A stretch of DNA of 63,623 bases, filler included, from Nemertoderma westbladi (lineage: Eukaryota; Animalia; Xenacoelomorpha), in the NCBI GenBank assembly GCA_032718475.1. It is 4 parts of 4 records of this genome, joined end to end, with 100 filler letters (N's around TTAATTAATTAA, not from the genome) between each part and the next. Parts side by side here need not be neighbours in the genome. Positions count along the whole stretch, not along the records: positions 33,632 to 53,952 come from JAUCBJ010001311.1; 3 more parts are not named here. One strand, 5' to 3'. Shown here one piece after another: positions 36,316 through 47,441 of this stretch. The position numbers were made by a program, and so were the translations under genes. A model generated the notes under the pieces. That model searched no databases and had not been told where the DNA came from. It was given only the letters and a program-made list of their open reading frames with translations. Within the stretch, counting starts at the first letter, position 1. Each line of letters starts with the position of its first letter.

Positions 36316-37244
36316 ACTGCAACCTGCTCCTTTCCCTAAATTGAGAATATAACATTGAGGCGGGATATTAATTCGCCAAGATGGGATTTGCGTCCAGTCC
36401 CCCCCCCCCCCCCCCCCCCCCCCCGTTTCAAATTATTTCAAACAATGCATTTGATAACGTTTTCTCTTTCAAACTTCTTGCCTTCCCTTCCGCAGACTGG
36501 AGAACTGAAGATTGTCTCTAGTGCATGTGTTATATATCAGTCAGTCAGTATATAGTACAGTATAGTATAGTATAATTATACAAATACAATAACTGCCAAG
36601 CTCATTGTGTATACCTGCAGACGGGTACAGTACTGTATAAGTAGGGGCAATAGTCTCTGCATTAGATATTGTAGTATCTAGTACCTACTGCAGTGCAGTA
36701 CCGGTTACCAGCCTGACATGTTGTCAGAAAGACTAACAATTACTGAATTACTGATACGAGTTTGGTCAGTTGGCTGGTTGGTGCTGGAACTTGTTATTTA
36801 CATCCTAAATTGCTATTTTATGGCCGATGTGGCTCCGATGTGGCCCCGATGTGGTCCGATGTGGCCCCGATGTGGTCCGATGTGGTCCGATTTGGTCCGA
36901 TGTGGTACCGATTGGGTCCGATGTGGCTTTTAGACGGACCCTATATCAGTATATATAGTATATACATCATATCTGCCAAGTTTCAGCTTGTACGGATTAA
37001 AATCAAAGAAATTGGATGACATTTAATGTTTAGACATGTTGGAGACTGATGAACTGGGTTTCTTAAATTTTTAAAAAATCTCATCACCTTTTGGTCCTGT
37101 AATAATGCCAACAAATTTTCAACACGACACAACCTGACAACGTTAAATCCGACAAAGTTATTAGCATGTCAAATCGTAACGAAGACTACTGGACTACGTC
37201 GCAGCGTCAACAACTGTTTGCCATTATCTGATTATTGTCCCACC

Positions 37245-39349
37245 TAGGGTTCAACAGAAGCTTCGGCTTCGGTTCGGTTCGGGCCGAAGTTTGGCAATTT
37301 CGGTTCGGTTCGGCTTCTGCAATTGATACTGCAGAAGCCCGGAGCAAACTTTGCTAAATATTCCAAGTATTACATTGACTGATTGAACTAAGACCAGAAG
37401 ACAGTAAGACTAATCAATCTGTCCATCATTGTACTAATTAATTTTGGAGTGAAAACGTTAAGCAGACACTAGTGCAGAGCAGACACTGGTGCAGAGCAGA
37501 CAGTGATGCAGACAGTGATGCAGACAGTGGTGCAGACACCTGGTGCAGACAGTGGTGCACGCACTGGTGCAGACAGTGGTGCAGACAGTGGTGCATCAGT
37601 GGTGCAGACACTGGTGCAGACAGTGGTGCAGACAGTGGTGCAGGCAGTGGTGCAGACAGTGGTGCAGGCAGTGGTGCTGACACTGGTGCATACAGTGGTG
37701 CAGACAGTGGTGCAGACAGTGGTGCAGACAGTGGTGCAGACACTGGTGCAGACAGTGGTGTAGACACTGGTGCGGACAGTGGAGCAGACAGTGGTGCAGA
37801 CACCTGGTGCAGACAGTGGTGCAGACACTGGTGCAGACAGTAATGCAGACACTGGTTCAGACAGTGGTGCAGACACTGGTGCAGACACTGGTGCAGACAG
37901 TGGTGCAGACAGTAAAGGGGCGAGCAGGTTAGTAAAGGAGCAGTTTAGTAAAGGAGCAGTTTAGTAAAGGAGCAGGTTTCAGAGGAGTATTGGGGGAACC
38001 AAAACAATAAACGTTATTGTTTTGCGGGCTAAGAATACCCAAGGGCAAAGAATACTCACAGGCTAAGAATACTCGCGGGCTAAGAATTCCTGAGACCTTA
38101 CTGTAGTTAGTTAGTGAATGTATATCCCCAGCATGAGACAATAACTTAATGAGCTCGTTTTATTATAGTAATAAGCAGTGGCTCCAGTAAAGGTAAACAA
38201 ATTAAACATAATCTGTATAAAGTAGGCCTAGTTCATGTAAAAACAATCAAACACTGTCGCTTAAACCTCATTCCTTGGAGACATTGCTGCTTACAATTCA
38301 GCAATTTATAGACATTATTGTTTATATGAAAACGGGAATACCGATTAATTACTTTCGTACACACCTCTTATAATTATTTGTAATCAGGGCACATTCACCC
38401 GCACGCACCCCCCGACTTGTACTACATTTGACTTGTACTACTTTCAGTAGTTTACTCGCATATTTGTAGATAATAAAGGCTATGATAAAATATAATATAA
38501 TAGTGCCTGGTGGTATTGTCCCTATTGTGTTTTGTGGTACTCTGGTATTTAGTATTTTGTCTGTGTCAGTGTCTGCACCACTGTCTGCACCAGTGTCTGC
38601 ATCAGTGTCTGCATCACTGTCTGCACCAGTGTCTGCACCACTGTCTGTTCCACTGTCTGCACCACTGTCTGCACCACTGTCTGCACCAGTGTCTGCACCA
38701 CTGTATGCACCAGTGTCTGCACCACTGTCTGCACCACTGTCTGCACCACTGTCTGCACCAGTCAGTGTCTGCACCACTGGCCGCACCAGGTGTCTGCACC
38801 ACTGTCTGCTTAACGTTTACACCCTTAATTTTGGACTGAACTTCCAGCATTTAAATTCATTATTTTTTTTAATTGTTTCCAGGTTACTTGGGTAGTTTCA
38901 AAATTTAGCCTACTAAATATACCTACTACCTCATATAAATAGTATTACAAAGACTACCGGTACCTGTACTTTTAGTGAGGTTTTCTAAATTTGATGTCAC
39001 TATACTGTACAGCTTACTACGGGTGAAATTTGGTGCATACAGTAAGTGCATGCATACAGTAAGTATACAGTAGTTTAGGTTAGTAATGTACAGTAATGTA
39101 AATATTGCCATTTTATTTTGTAGTATTTATTTTTTTAATTAATCATAGCTTTCTCGCTAAGTCCGCAGACCAAATAGGTACCAGTCTGCCACTGCCAGTC
39201 AGCCAGTATAGTGACGTAAATACGAATTTATGACCATAACTTGCTAACTTTCTGAACTTCGGTTCGGATTCGGTTCGGTTCGGCCCGAAGTTGGCCCTGC
39301 TTCGGTTCGGTTCGGTTCGGCCCCATAAAGTGCCTTCTGTTGAACCCTA
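37245..39349. mobile_element. Non-autonomous hAT DNA transposon
   Basis: 16-bp TIR TAGGGTTCAACAGAAG...CTTCTGTTGAACCCTA, perfect 8-bp TSD gtcccacc (37237-37244, 39350-39357), ttcgg subterminal repeats. Confidence 0.92.
37447..38824. mobile_element. Non-autonomous Mutator/foldback element nested in the hAT
   Basis: TIR g(a/g)gtg(a/t)aaacgttaagcagaca, perfect 9-bp TSD ttaattttg (37438-37446, 38825-38833), inverted arms of the 12-bp repeat ggtgcagacagt. Confidence 0.88.
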
Positions 39350-39593
39350 GTCCCACCCCTTGTCAGTTCACTAAGGCTCCGGCAACGTCGTGGCTCGTGG
39401 CTCACCCCACAAAGCGCGAGCTGTATAATCTTAGCACAGTACAGCCGACTCGCTGTATTATTAACCCGTACTGTACGTACAGGTCTATAAACATGGATAA
39501 ATAGGCCAGGTACAGTACCGTGAGATTTAGCCATAGTGCAGTAGTGCTGAATACTGCTTCCTGAATACGGGCAAATACGTCCCACATACGTTA

Positions 39594-40396
39594 TAGGGCT
39601 CGATCGGAGTTGGGATTTGGCCGGAGCCGGAGCAGGAGCCGGAGTTGGACAATTTGGCCGGAGCCGGAGCAGGAGCCGGAGTTTTTCAAAAATTTTAAAA
39701 ATTTAATTATTTATTTAAAAAAAATTAAAGTATGGTTACTGGGTTATCGTTCGCCAATCGCTCATAATCAATCATACTGTAGGTCTAATTAATTTCATAA
39801 TTTATAGATTTACGAATTTTCAATTTAAAATTAAAGTAATTAATTTATCACGGACAGACGGCCTGTGGCCTGACGCTGACGGCCTGACGCTGGCGGCTAA
39901 AAATTACCAACAGTACCTAACTCACGAACTGTCTAACTGTGGTAGAGGTGTGTATTGTAGGTAGCCTACCGTAGGACGTAGGTGTACCAGTACTGCAGTA
40001 CAGTATGCTGGCATGACAGCAGTAATTGGCTGCAGTGGTACAGTCTGACAGTGTACAATCCATAGCATTTACAATTTTTTAAAGTAGGGCCTATCTGTAA
40101 CAGTCTGCTAGTCAGCCAACTGCTGAACTGGCCAGTACCAGTACTGCAGTACAGTCAGTCAGTCATTGACTTTAAGTAAATACTGCAGTATTATCAGATT
40201 ATACTTGATATTGAAGCTGTACTACAGTACTTACCGGTATAGTGTTAAATAATAGTTCAGATTAGAATATGAACGAAATATAATACTTTATTAAAAAATT
40301 AACTCCGGCAATATTTTTACCGGAGCCGGAGCAGGAGCCGGAGGTGCCGAAATGGCCGGAGCCGGAGCCGGAGGCCGGAGCTCCGATCGAGCCCTA
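39594..40396. mobile_element. Non-autonomous hAT element (MITE-like)
   Basis: 16-bp TIR TAGGGCTCGATCGGAG...CTCCGATCGAGCCCTA; ccggag subterminal repeats; imperfect TSD atacgtta / aacgtta. Confidence 0.85.
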
Positions 40397-41089
40397 AACG
40401 TTAGCCTACGGTCTGACGGTAGGCTACGGGAACTATTTCAAATACGTCTGTACGTACACATACGGCAAAAACAGAAAAAGACAAACCCTAATTCTGTAAT
40501 TTGGCCTTTACCTTTCATTCTGATTATCATTCTGTCATTTCATTACCGGTACTCTTTCCACTTTTAAAAAATCTCATTACCCTGTTACCGGTACTCCTTC
40601 GGTCTGTCGGGCAGTCGGGCGGGGGGACTCCTTCCAAATGAGTGACGGGACGGTCGACGGTGACGGGACGGTCGACGGTGACGGATTGCTCATACTGCAT
40701 AGGCCTACTGCTGTACTGTCAAGCCGGGCTGACCGCATTATTTGTTGACATAGGCCTATATAAGTTTTTATCATACTGGCAGACTGGTAAATTTTTGTGA
40801 TAATTGCTGAATTGTAAATCTAGGCTGCTAGGTGCTAGGCCTTACTGCCTTATTCAGTTATTAATTCAGTCTGTCAGTAGGCCTATTTGTTTAACCTTCA
40901 GACCTTAGCCTAAGCTGATAATGCCATAAATATAATTGTATTTGATATGATGATATACAGTTATTGTTAATCGATAGGCCTATAGCCGATAGCCTACGGT
41001 GCTGCAGCTACGGTACTATCAGACTATCCACGGCTGTACGGCATATATAGGCCTATATACAGTATATATATACAGATATATATCGTACA

Positions 41090-44000
41090 ATGAAGATTAA
41101 GGAATGCAAACCGGAATCGGTTTCTGAATCAATCGAATTCTCTCGAGTTACGAAATCAATTCTTGGCGAAATAAAAGACGGCAATGCGCCATTCTTCGGT
41201 GACATTATGGAGAACGGGAACTCGGCCTGGGTAGTTCGGGACGATTCCTTGGAGATTATCGAGATACGAAACGGTAACCGATTGGCCTTCTGGAAATTCG
41301 GTGATTCCGAATCGACTCACCAGGTTTCCTGTGTTAAGGAATGCGTAGTCGGTGGAGCGAGGAAGTTGTTAGTCGGAGTACAAGCGCCGCATTCCCATGG
41401 GCTGTTGTGCGTGTTCGACGTTGGTTTGTCGCGAGTCACAACCGCAATCAGGTTTCCCGTCAAGATAACCGCGGTAGCGCCGATCTCGACAATCTTGTCA
41501 GAGGACGAATCGAACGAACTGCTCTCCCCGGTTCTCAACCAGTTCCGTGGTGTCGTCGCGGTCGGTTCCTTGGGCGGCCACGTCTACCTCGTCGACCTCA
41601 ACCTAGACGACCCTATCCTCACCAACGAACGCAACTCCTCCCAGCCCGTCCTCATCCCCCATCGCCCCGCCGACCTCGCTAAGATACGCCCGCTAGCAAT
41701 CTCCCGCGGGGAACATCTCGCCATGGAACTCAACCCCAAGTCGCTGAGTTTCTCCAAGTTTATCTACACGATGGACAACGGCGCGGCTCTAACTAAGTTC
41801 TCGGCGTCCTCAGTGTCGGTAACCAGTCTGCTGTGGGTCCCGCAGAACGGCTCACTCGCCGTGGGATTCAGCTTCGGCGGGGTCCAACTGTGGCGACTGA
41901 GCGGACCCGTTCTCGAGGTCTCCACCCCGTACGAGGACCACCTCCTCCCGGTCAGCCACCTCGCCTACCAGGAGCCAGAGAACGACCCCCAGCCCTTCTG
42001 CTATCTGTGGTCCGCGCACGGTTGCGTCCCGACGGAACCGGCGACCGCCGAAGTCGCCAGTCTAGCCCTCCATCAACTCGTCTACAAACGTAAGGAAACC
42101 CAGAGCGACGGCTCCCACCTCTACTCCGGTATCCATCGCTACGGGAGCCGCTTCGAGATGGATCTAAACACGGAGATCCTATCGAGTTACGAGGAATCCT
42201 CTTCTGGTTCCCGGGTGGTCAACCTCTACACGCTGCCGCGGCGTTACCTCTACACGGAGGACGGCGGCTCGGTCCCGGACCTCGGGCTGCTCTCCGTAGT
42301 CTGGGAGTCCCTCGACCGCCACGGGGTCTCACAATGCTTCGTGGGGCTGTTTGACCTGGACCGCTGGTACCACGCCCAGATGCCGGCGGACGTCCGTGTC
42401 CTCCCGACCCGCGATCAGTGCGCCTACCTCGCCTTCTACGACCTCAACAGCGTGCTGGAGTCCGCTGCTCCGGACGATCTGCTGGGCTGCCGTATCGACG
42501 TGTCCACGCTCAACCGCTACGTCTCCCGTATCGAACCGCCCCCAGACCTCCACTTCTTCCCCAGCGGCCACGGTTTCCAGGTCTCCTGCGTTCTGGAATC
42601 CTGCTGCATCGTGGCTTCCTACCGTGGCGTCCAGGAGTCGTTGATCAACGAGATCTCCCGGGTTCTACATGACTACCTCGTCGAGCCATCCAACATAATG
42701 AAACGACTAGCTAAGGAGGAACTCCTGCGGGTTTGTCCGGATTCCGGGACGCACGACCAGTTGGATTCCGACCGGAATAGTTTACTTAACTTCTGTTTGA
42801 GCCATTCGGTTTATCTTCTTCCCTCTTTACTCCGCTGCGTCGATATCTTCACGCATCCTGACTTCCTCCTCACCTCTTCCGGTTGCACGCTGCGGTTCCT
42901 CGGCCAGTGGCTGTGGAACACCTCCCACTCCTTTAAGGACCAGTTGGACTCCCTCTGTGCGCCGCTGTTCGACGAATCCAGGGTTCAGGTCGACGGGAAC
43001 TTCACCCGGAAACTCGGCAACTTCTCGCGCCAGTTGGAGGACTTGAAGCGACTCCAGAAGGATATAACTAACCAGAGCGGCTTGCCGGTCACGCAGGAGG
43101 GCCGCGTTGAGATGGAGACCCGATTGGGTGCCATTACTCTCCTTTTAGAACACACTGAGATGATTAGCTGGGCTATTAAAGCCGGACTACTTCCGGAGTG
43201 CAGACCTTCCTTAGATGACGTCATTCCTAATCATTTCCTGTTCCCCGGGAATAAGTTGAAGGAGTTCTACGCGAACAGACGCCGTGTTATTGATTCCGGT
43301 TGCGACGACAACGACGGTTTAATCATTGATACTATCGTTTCCTACATAGACGGGGTCGCCCCCCAGCGGTACCTGCTGCAGCGGTTAGCGTATCCGCCAA
43401 CCAGCGTCAAGTCGATTATCGATTATTATTTACTCCCCGAGGTTTCTATTATAGACAAACATATGGTTTTCTCGTATCTCTTGCGGGATTTATCGCTGTT
43501 CTCCGGTTCGCAGTTGGACGGCGGTCTCGTTGATTCCTTCGGGTTCCTCTTTACGATCCCCTCCGGGGTTCGGGACGTCGTTGAGGCGGTCTGGTTGCTG
43601 GACCACGGCGACGCCGATCTGTCGGTCCCCGTGCTCAGGAATGTCTTCGTTAAACTCGAGTTGTCCGGGAATCCTCTGCTGCAGACCTTGATTGTCCAGT
43701 CGCTGCTGTCCCAGACGCCCCCAAGGGCGGCCCTCGGCGTTGCCGAGTACTGGAACCTCGGGAGGTCCCCCAACTCCTCGATCGTTATGCTCTACTTCCG
43801 GTGTCTGCTGGAGAACGGGGAGGTTGATACAGCCATATCTTTCGTTCGTAGCAACAAAGATTCTATAGACGATAGCGACTCATATTTGGTTTATTTATTC
43901 GATGTTTGTTACGAAATCAAGAAGTTCGAAACGCTTTTGGATATTTACCTTCGTCCAGAGGAGGAAGTTGTTCTTATCGATTATCTAAAGAACCACAAAG

Positions 44001-46177
44001 ATGACAAAATGCAGGAATTATTGGTGTTTTATTTCCTTCGCCGACACCGGCATATCGAGGCGTTCCGTTGGAACCGCAAGTTAGCCGACGACATTGCAGT
44101 TAATATCTCCAAATGCAAGTCTTCGGTTCTCGACCGTAAAGCCAATAGGGAGGCCGTCCTCAACGAATACATGAACGCGTTGCCCAATTACGTTCGCTGT
44201 TTGTCGGAGGTTTCGCATTCCCCGGTGGAGAATAATAATACTATTCCGACATTAGAGGCGAAGTTGACCCCGTTGTCCACGAAATTACTAAATCGCAAGA
44301 GTTTAACGCGCAGTGGTTTAATGCAAGAGACTTACAACGATATCTGCGAGTTCTCCATGATCCTTAACGAGTCGTCCCGATTGAATGAGAGTGACGCGCC
44401 GTTTATTAGACCCCCATGTGGCACGCCAATCAGCGTAACCAAAGCAACGGTGACTAAAGTCACTCCCCAGCTCATGGATGCGAGCAATATGTCTACCTCG
44501 TTGCTCAACAACCCCAAACAATTACGGGAATCTGTGTTGCGTAGATCTCTAGGGAAACAATTGGACGAAAGTTTGAATTCCAGTTTATTGAAGTCGAGTT
44601 TAAATAAATCGATTAATTTATCGGAGAGCGGGATTAGTTCAGCGCTGCAGCTGTTATCCGTGTCCCCAGTGGTCCATAAACCCCGGATATCGACCCCGTT
44701 GGCTCTTCGACACGATTCCACTGACGGAGTCGACTCACCCTCCTCCATCCTGAAGTCCAAGAAGCCGTTTGTTTGTCCGAAGTTAGACTCGCTAAAGAAG
44801 GTTCAACCGACTAAAGCGAATCCCGGGAAGCAGTTGCGTTTCGCCCCGGATGTTGACATGGGCGAAGTGGAACACGTTAAACTCCCGTCGACTCCCTTCG
44901 CTATTCGCGACCGCGCTCTAGATGACTCGGATCTGGAGACCCACGACCCGGAGGACATCCTTACCGACGGTAACGTCGACGGATTGCCCGTCGCTCAACC
45001 TGAAGAGACAACAACTCCTCTTGAACCGATTTACTTGGACTTTTCGGGTGAGATTTCGGCTAATGACGTTGATATTGACGTCAGTTTCTCAAATCTTAAA
45101 GGAACTGGACGATTCCAGGTAGCTGAAGGCAATAACCTTTCCAATGATACTGACCCGTATATCCCGAACACTGAGGCTTCCATGAAGGAGGACGACGCTG
45201 ATACCCAAGATGAATTTCCAATAGCTCTCAATGGAGATGGGACTAATTTACAAAGTAGTGGTTTCCTTGATTCCCCAATGGGTGGCGGCGATGTTCTCAA
45301 TGATAGTGAGTCTATCGATGACCACAACCTTTGTATCGATAATGGCGGGGTTCTTTATAAGGAATCCCCTGGGCTAACTGGTATTGCCGTTGAATCCTGG
45401 CAAGGTTATTCTGATCTGGATAATCCTTTGGATTCGTTAGCACAATCGACGAATTACCAAGAACATGACGATATTGAACCAGATGATATGTATGACGGAA
45501 TTTCGGATAACGAAATTGTTCTCAATGTGGATCGAGATTTCATGTCAGAACCAGTATACTCACCGCTGGTTGATACTGAGGAGGAAACTGCAGCAACTAC
45601 AGAAGGCGACCTGGTGGATAGCGAGCTGGTTGAAGCTTCGGAATCGGAACCAATTGAGGAACATATTCCTACTAAGGGACATATCGGTACAGATTCCACA
45701 ACGAGCATTGTGACTTCCCTAACAGTTCGACAGTCCGACTCCGAACCTGAAACGTCGAGAATAAATCAGGAAACCAAGGGGGCCGAATTGGTACTAAACG
45801 TGCACAGCGAATCGCTGGAACAGGCCAAGCAATTATTAATGCAAGAGGATGAGGAACGCAAGGCTGCGAGAAGGCGTCGTCAGGTTCAGACGAGAAGCAA
45901 TCCGGATTTGAACGCCAGCGACGTTGGGAAACAGACGCAGACTCCTCCATTCCGCAGACGGTCTCCTAGGTCCCCCGTAGCCCCGGCCTGGCTTAGCGAC
46001 TACCACTACAAACATAGGTTCTCTAAACCGGCCGAGATGTCGGCTAACCGTTCGGGGAGTCACGCATCGCCTCGCGACTCGCCCCATACTGGGTTTATGT
46101 TCTCTCCTCCGTTGACCCGATCTCGGACGAAGCAAGATGATACGCCGAAATTGCGACCCAGGGGTTCCAAGAAGTAA
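41090..46177 (+). CDS. AHCTF1: Protein ELYS (nucleoporin; AHCTF1/MEL-28 homolog), uninterrupted CDS, 1695 aa
   Basis: N-terminal propeller (GVVAVGSLGGHVYLVDL, LAVGFSFGGVQLW, YQEPENDP..FCYLW, FDLDRWYHAQMP), ELYS domain (YPPTS..KHMVFSYLLRD, WLLDHGD), SSILK plus KQLRF PP1-type motifs, acidic disordered tail, FMFSPPLTRSR and basic C-terminus. Confidence 0.92.
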   Translation: MKIKECKPESVSESIEFSRVTKSILGEIKDGNAPFFGDIMENGNSAWVVRDDSLEIIEIRNGNRLAFWKFGDSESTHQVSCVKECVVGGARKLLVGVQAPHSHGLLCVFDVGLSRVTTAIRFPVKITAVAPISTILSEDESNELLSPVLNQFRGVVAVGSLGGHVYLVDLNLDDPILTNERNSSQPVLIPHRPADLAKIRPLAISRGEHLAMELNPKSLSFSKFIYTMDNGAALTKFSASSVSVTSLLWVPQNGSLAVGFSFGGVQLWRLSGPVLEVSTPYEDHLLPVSHLAYQEPENDPQPFCYLWSAHGCVPTEPATAEVASLALHQLVYKRKETQSDGSHLYSGIHRYGSRFEMDLNTEILSSYEESSSGSRVVNLYTLPRRYLYTEDGGSVPDLGLLSVVWESLDRHGVSQCFVGLFDLDRWYHAQMPADVRVLPTRDQCAYLAFYDLNSVLESAAPDDLLGCRIDVSTLNRYVSRIEPPPDLHFFPSGHGFQVSCVLESCCIVASYRGVQESLINEISRVLHDYLVEPSNIMKRLAKEELLRVCPDSGTHDQLDSDRNSLLNFCLSHSVYLLPSLLRCVDIFTHPDFLLTSSGCTLRFLGQWLWNTSHSFKDQLDSLCAPLFDESRVQVDGNFTRKLGNFSRQLEDLKRLQKDITNQSGLPVTQEGRVEMETRLGAITLLLEHTEMISWAIKAGLLPECRPSLDDVIPNHFLFPGNKLKEFYANRRRVIDSGCDDNDGLIIDTIVSYIDGVAPQRYLLQRLAYPPTSVKSIIDYYLLPEVSIIDKHMVFSYLLRDLSLFSGSQLDGGLVDSFGFLFTIPSGVRDVVEAVWLLDHGDADLSVPVLRNVFVKLELSGNPLLQTLIVQSLLSQTPPRAALGVAEYWNLGRSPNSSIVMLYFRCLLENGEVDTAISFVRSNKDSIDDSDSYLVYLFDVCYEIKKFETLLDIYLRPEEEVVLIDYLKNHKDDKMQELLVFYFLRRHRHIEAFRWNRKLADDIAVNISKCKSSVLDRKANREAVLNEYMNALPNYVRCLSEVSHSPVENNNTIPTLEAKLTPLSTKLLNRKSLTRSGLMQETYNDICEFSMILNESSRLNESDAPFIRPPCGTPISVTKATVTKVTPQLMDASNMSTSLLNNPKQLRESVLRRSLGKQLDESLNSSLLKSSLNKSINLSESGISSALQLLSVSPVVHKPRISTPLALRHDSTDGVDSPSSILKSKKPFVCPKLDSLKKVQPTKANPGKQLRFAPDVDMGEVEHVKLPSTPFAIRDRALDDSDLETHDPEDILTDGNVDGLPVAQPEETTTPLEPIYLDFSGEISANDVDIDVSFSNLKGTGRFQVAEGNNLSNDTDPYIPNTEASMKEDDADTQDEFPIALNGDGTNLQSSGFLDSPMGGGDVLNDSESIDDHNLCIDNGGVLYKESPGLTGIAVESWQGYSDLDNPLDSLAQSTNYQEHDDIEPDDMYDGISDNEIVLNVDRDFMSEPVYSPLVDTEEETAATTEGDLVDSELVEASESEPIEEHIPTKGHIGTDSTTSIVTSLTVRQSDSEPETSRINQETKGAELVLNVHSESLEQAKQLLMQEDEERKAARRRRQVQTRSNPDLNASDVGKQTQTPPFRRRSPRSPVAPAWLSDYHYKHRFSKPAEMSANRSGSHASPRDSPHTGFMFSPPLTRSRTKQDDTPKLRPRGSKK

Positions 46178-47062
46178 ATTTATTGGGTATAAGTTACCTT
46201 TGGTAGTACCATAAATTATGCAATGCTTATTATTAAATATTATAAAAGTTATGGTAACATTTATAGTAATTAATGGTACCAGACCAGTGGTTCCAAATTT
46301 GCCCGTTACCGGTGATACAATTTTGTACCAGCATTGTCTCAGATGGTAAAACCGTAAGGATATGGTACGACCAGTTGGTACTAAATAGTACTACTTGTAC
46401 CATATCGTACCATTGTTGGTACCGAATTATTTTGAGTAATTATCATCTAGTTTCATACTTCTCCAGGAATCGCAATGGTTACCTAAAGTTTGTTTATGGT
46501 GCAATATTGAACATAAAAGTACAATCTATTTACATTTGTGCGTAAGGTTCTGCTCATGCTCAACGTTTTGCTCACCTCAAAGCTTTTTTCATTTGTTACT
46601 CTAACGAACGTAGTAATAATTGTGTGCAATTAAAATCGCGCGAATCAGATTAACGTAATAACTATTTACATACTTGTGTGTAAAGTAGCACTTTACAGTG
46701 TGATGATCCGATTGGCTTTGTTACACGAATGAACGATAGTGAGTGAGTGAAAATAAAGCCTCGAGGATCAAAACACTGTAAATAACTTTGCAACAAGTAT
46801 GTATGTAGTTTTATTCCAAAATTGTAACATTACGAAATGATTGTACATATACATTATAAGTGATCGAAACTGCACAAATTAAATTAGTTGCTGTATAAAT
46901 AAATGTAAGAATGACATAAATTATGTTATAAATTAGTTAGCTTATATTTATGGTGGCGTTTGGAGCCATGTTAATAGTTTAAAGCTACTGGTTATTAATA
47001 GCTACCGGTAGGTAATTCAGTAGGCCTATCTGGCTGTCAGGCAATTAATAATAAATACCAGC

Positions 47063-47153
47063 TATTGTTTACGTGGTATCCAATGACGGCGTTAAGTAAT
47101 GTCCCCTTAATGGACATTACTTAACGCCGTCATGGGTTTCCACGTAAACAATA
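47063..47153. repeat. Long near-perfect hairpin (42-bp arms, 7-nt loop)
   Basis: tattgtttacgtggtatccaatgacggcgttaagtaatgtcc-ccttaat-ggacattacttaacgccgtcatgggtttccacgtaaacaata. Confidence 0.9.
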
Positions 47154-47441
47154 ACACCAAATAGAATACTAAATGTACAGGCCAATACAATGCTGTAATG
47201 TCCTCTAAAGTTGTAAAGTGCTAAATAACAACTCGCTGTTAATACTAACGGCGATGAGTAATGTTACAATTTTGGTATGAAGTGCTTTACGTTAAGTATA
47301 CATGTATTGTGTTCCAAAATTGTAGTATTACTAAACGATTGCCCACGAATAACTGCATGATGAAATTTTTTACATTATGTTTATAGCCTCAAGTACGCAA
47401 GGCGTTCTAGAACGCCTTTCAATGAAGTATCGAATTAATGC

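Larger units (their letters stand above)
34664..36424. mobile_element. Non-autonomous element with ~60-bp imperfect inverted ends (poly-G/poly-C tipped) enclosing two tandem arrays
   Basis: gacgcaaaacccgccttggcgaattaatatccctcctcaatgttaaattctcaattt (34685-34741) versus the reverse complement of 36338-36393. Confidence 0.6.

Noticed and set aside
35441-38895. Overlapping repetitive ORFs (YHIGPNR, SAPL, GADS, CLHH)
   Set aside because: Translations of 21-bp and 12-bp transposon subterminal repeats, open in several frames on both strands.
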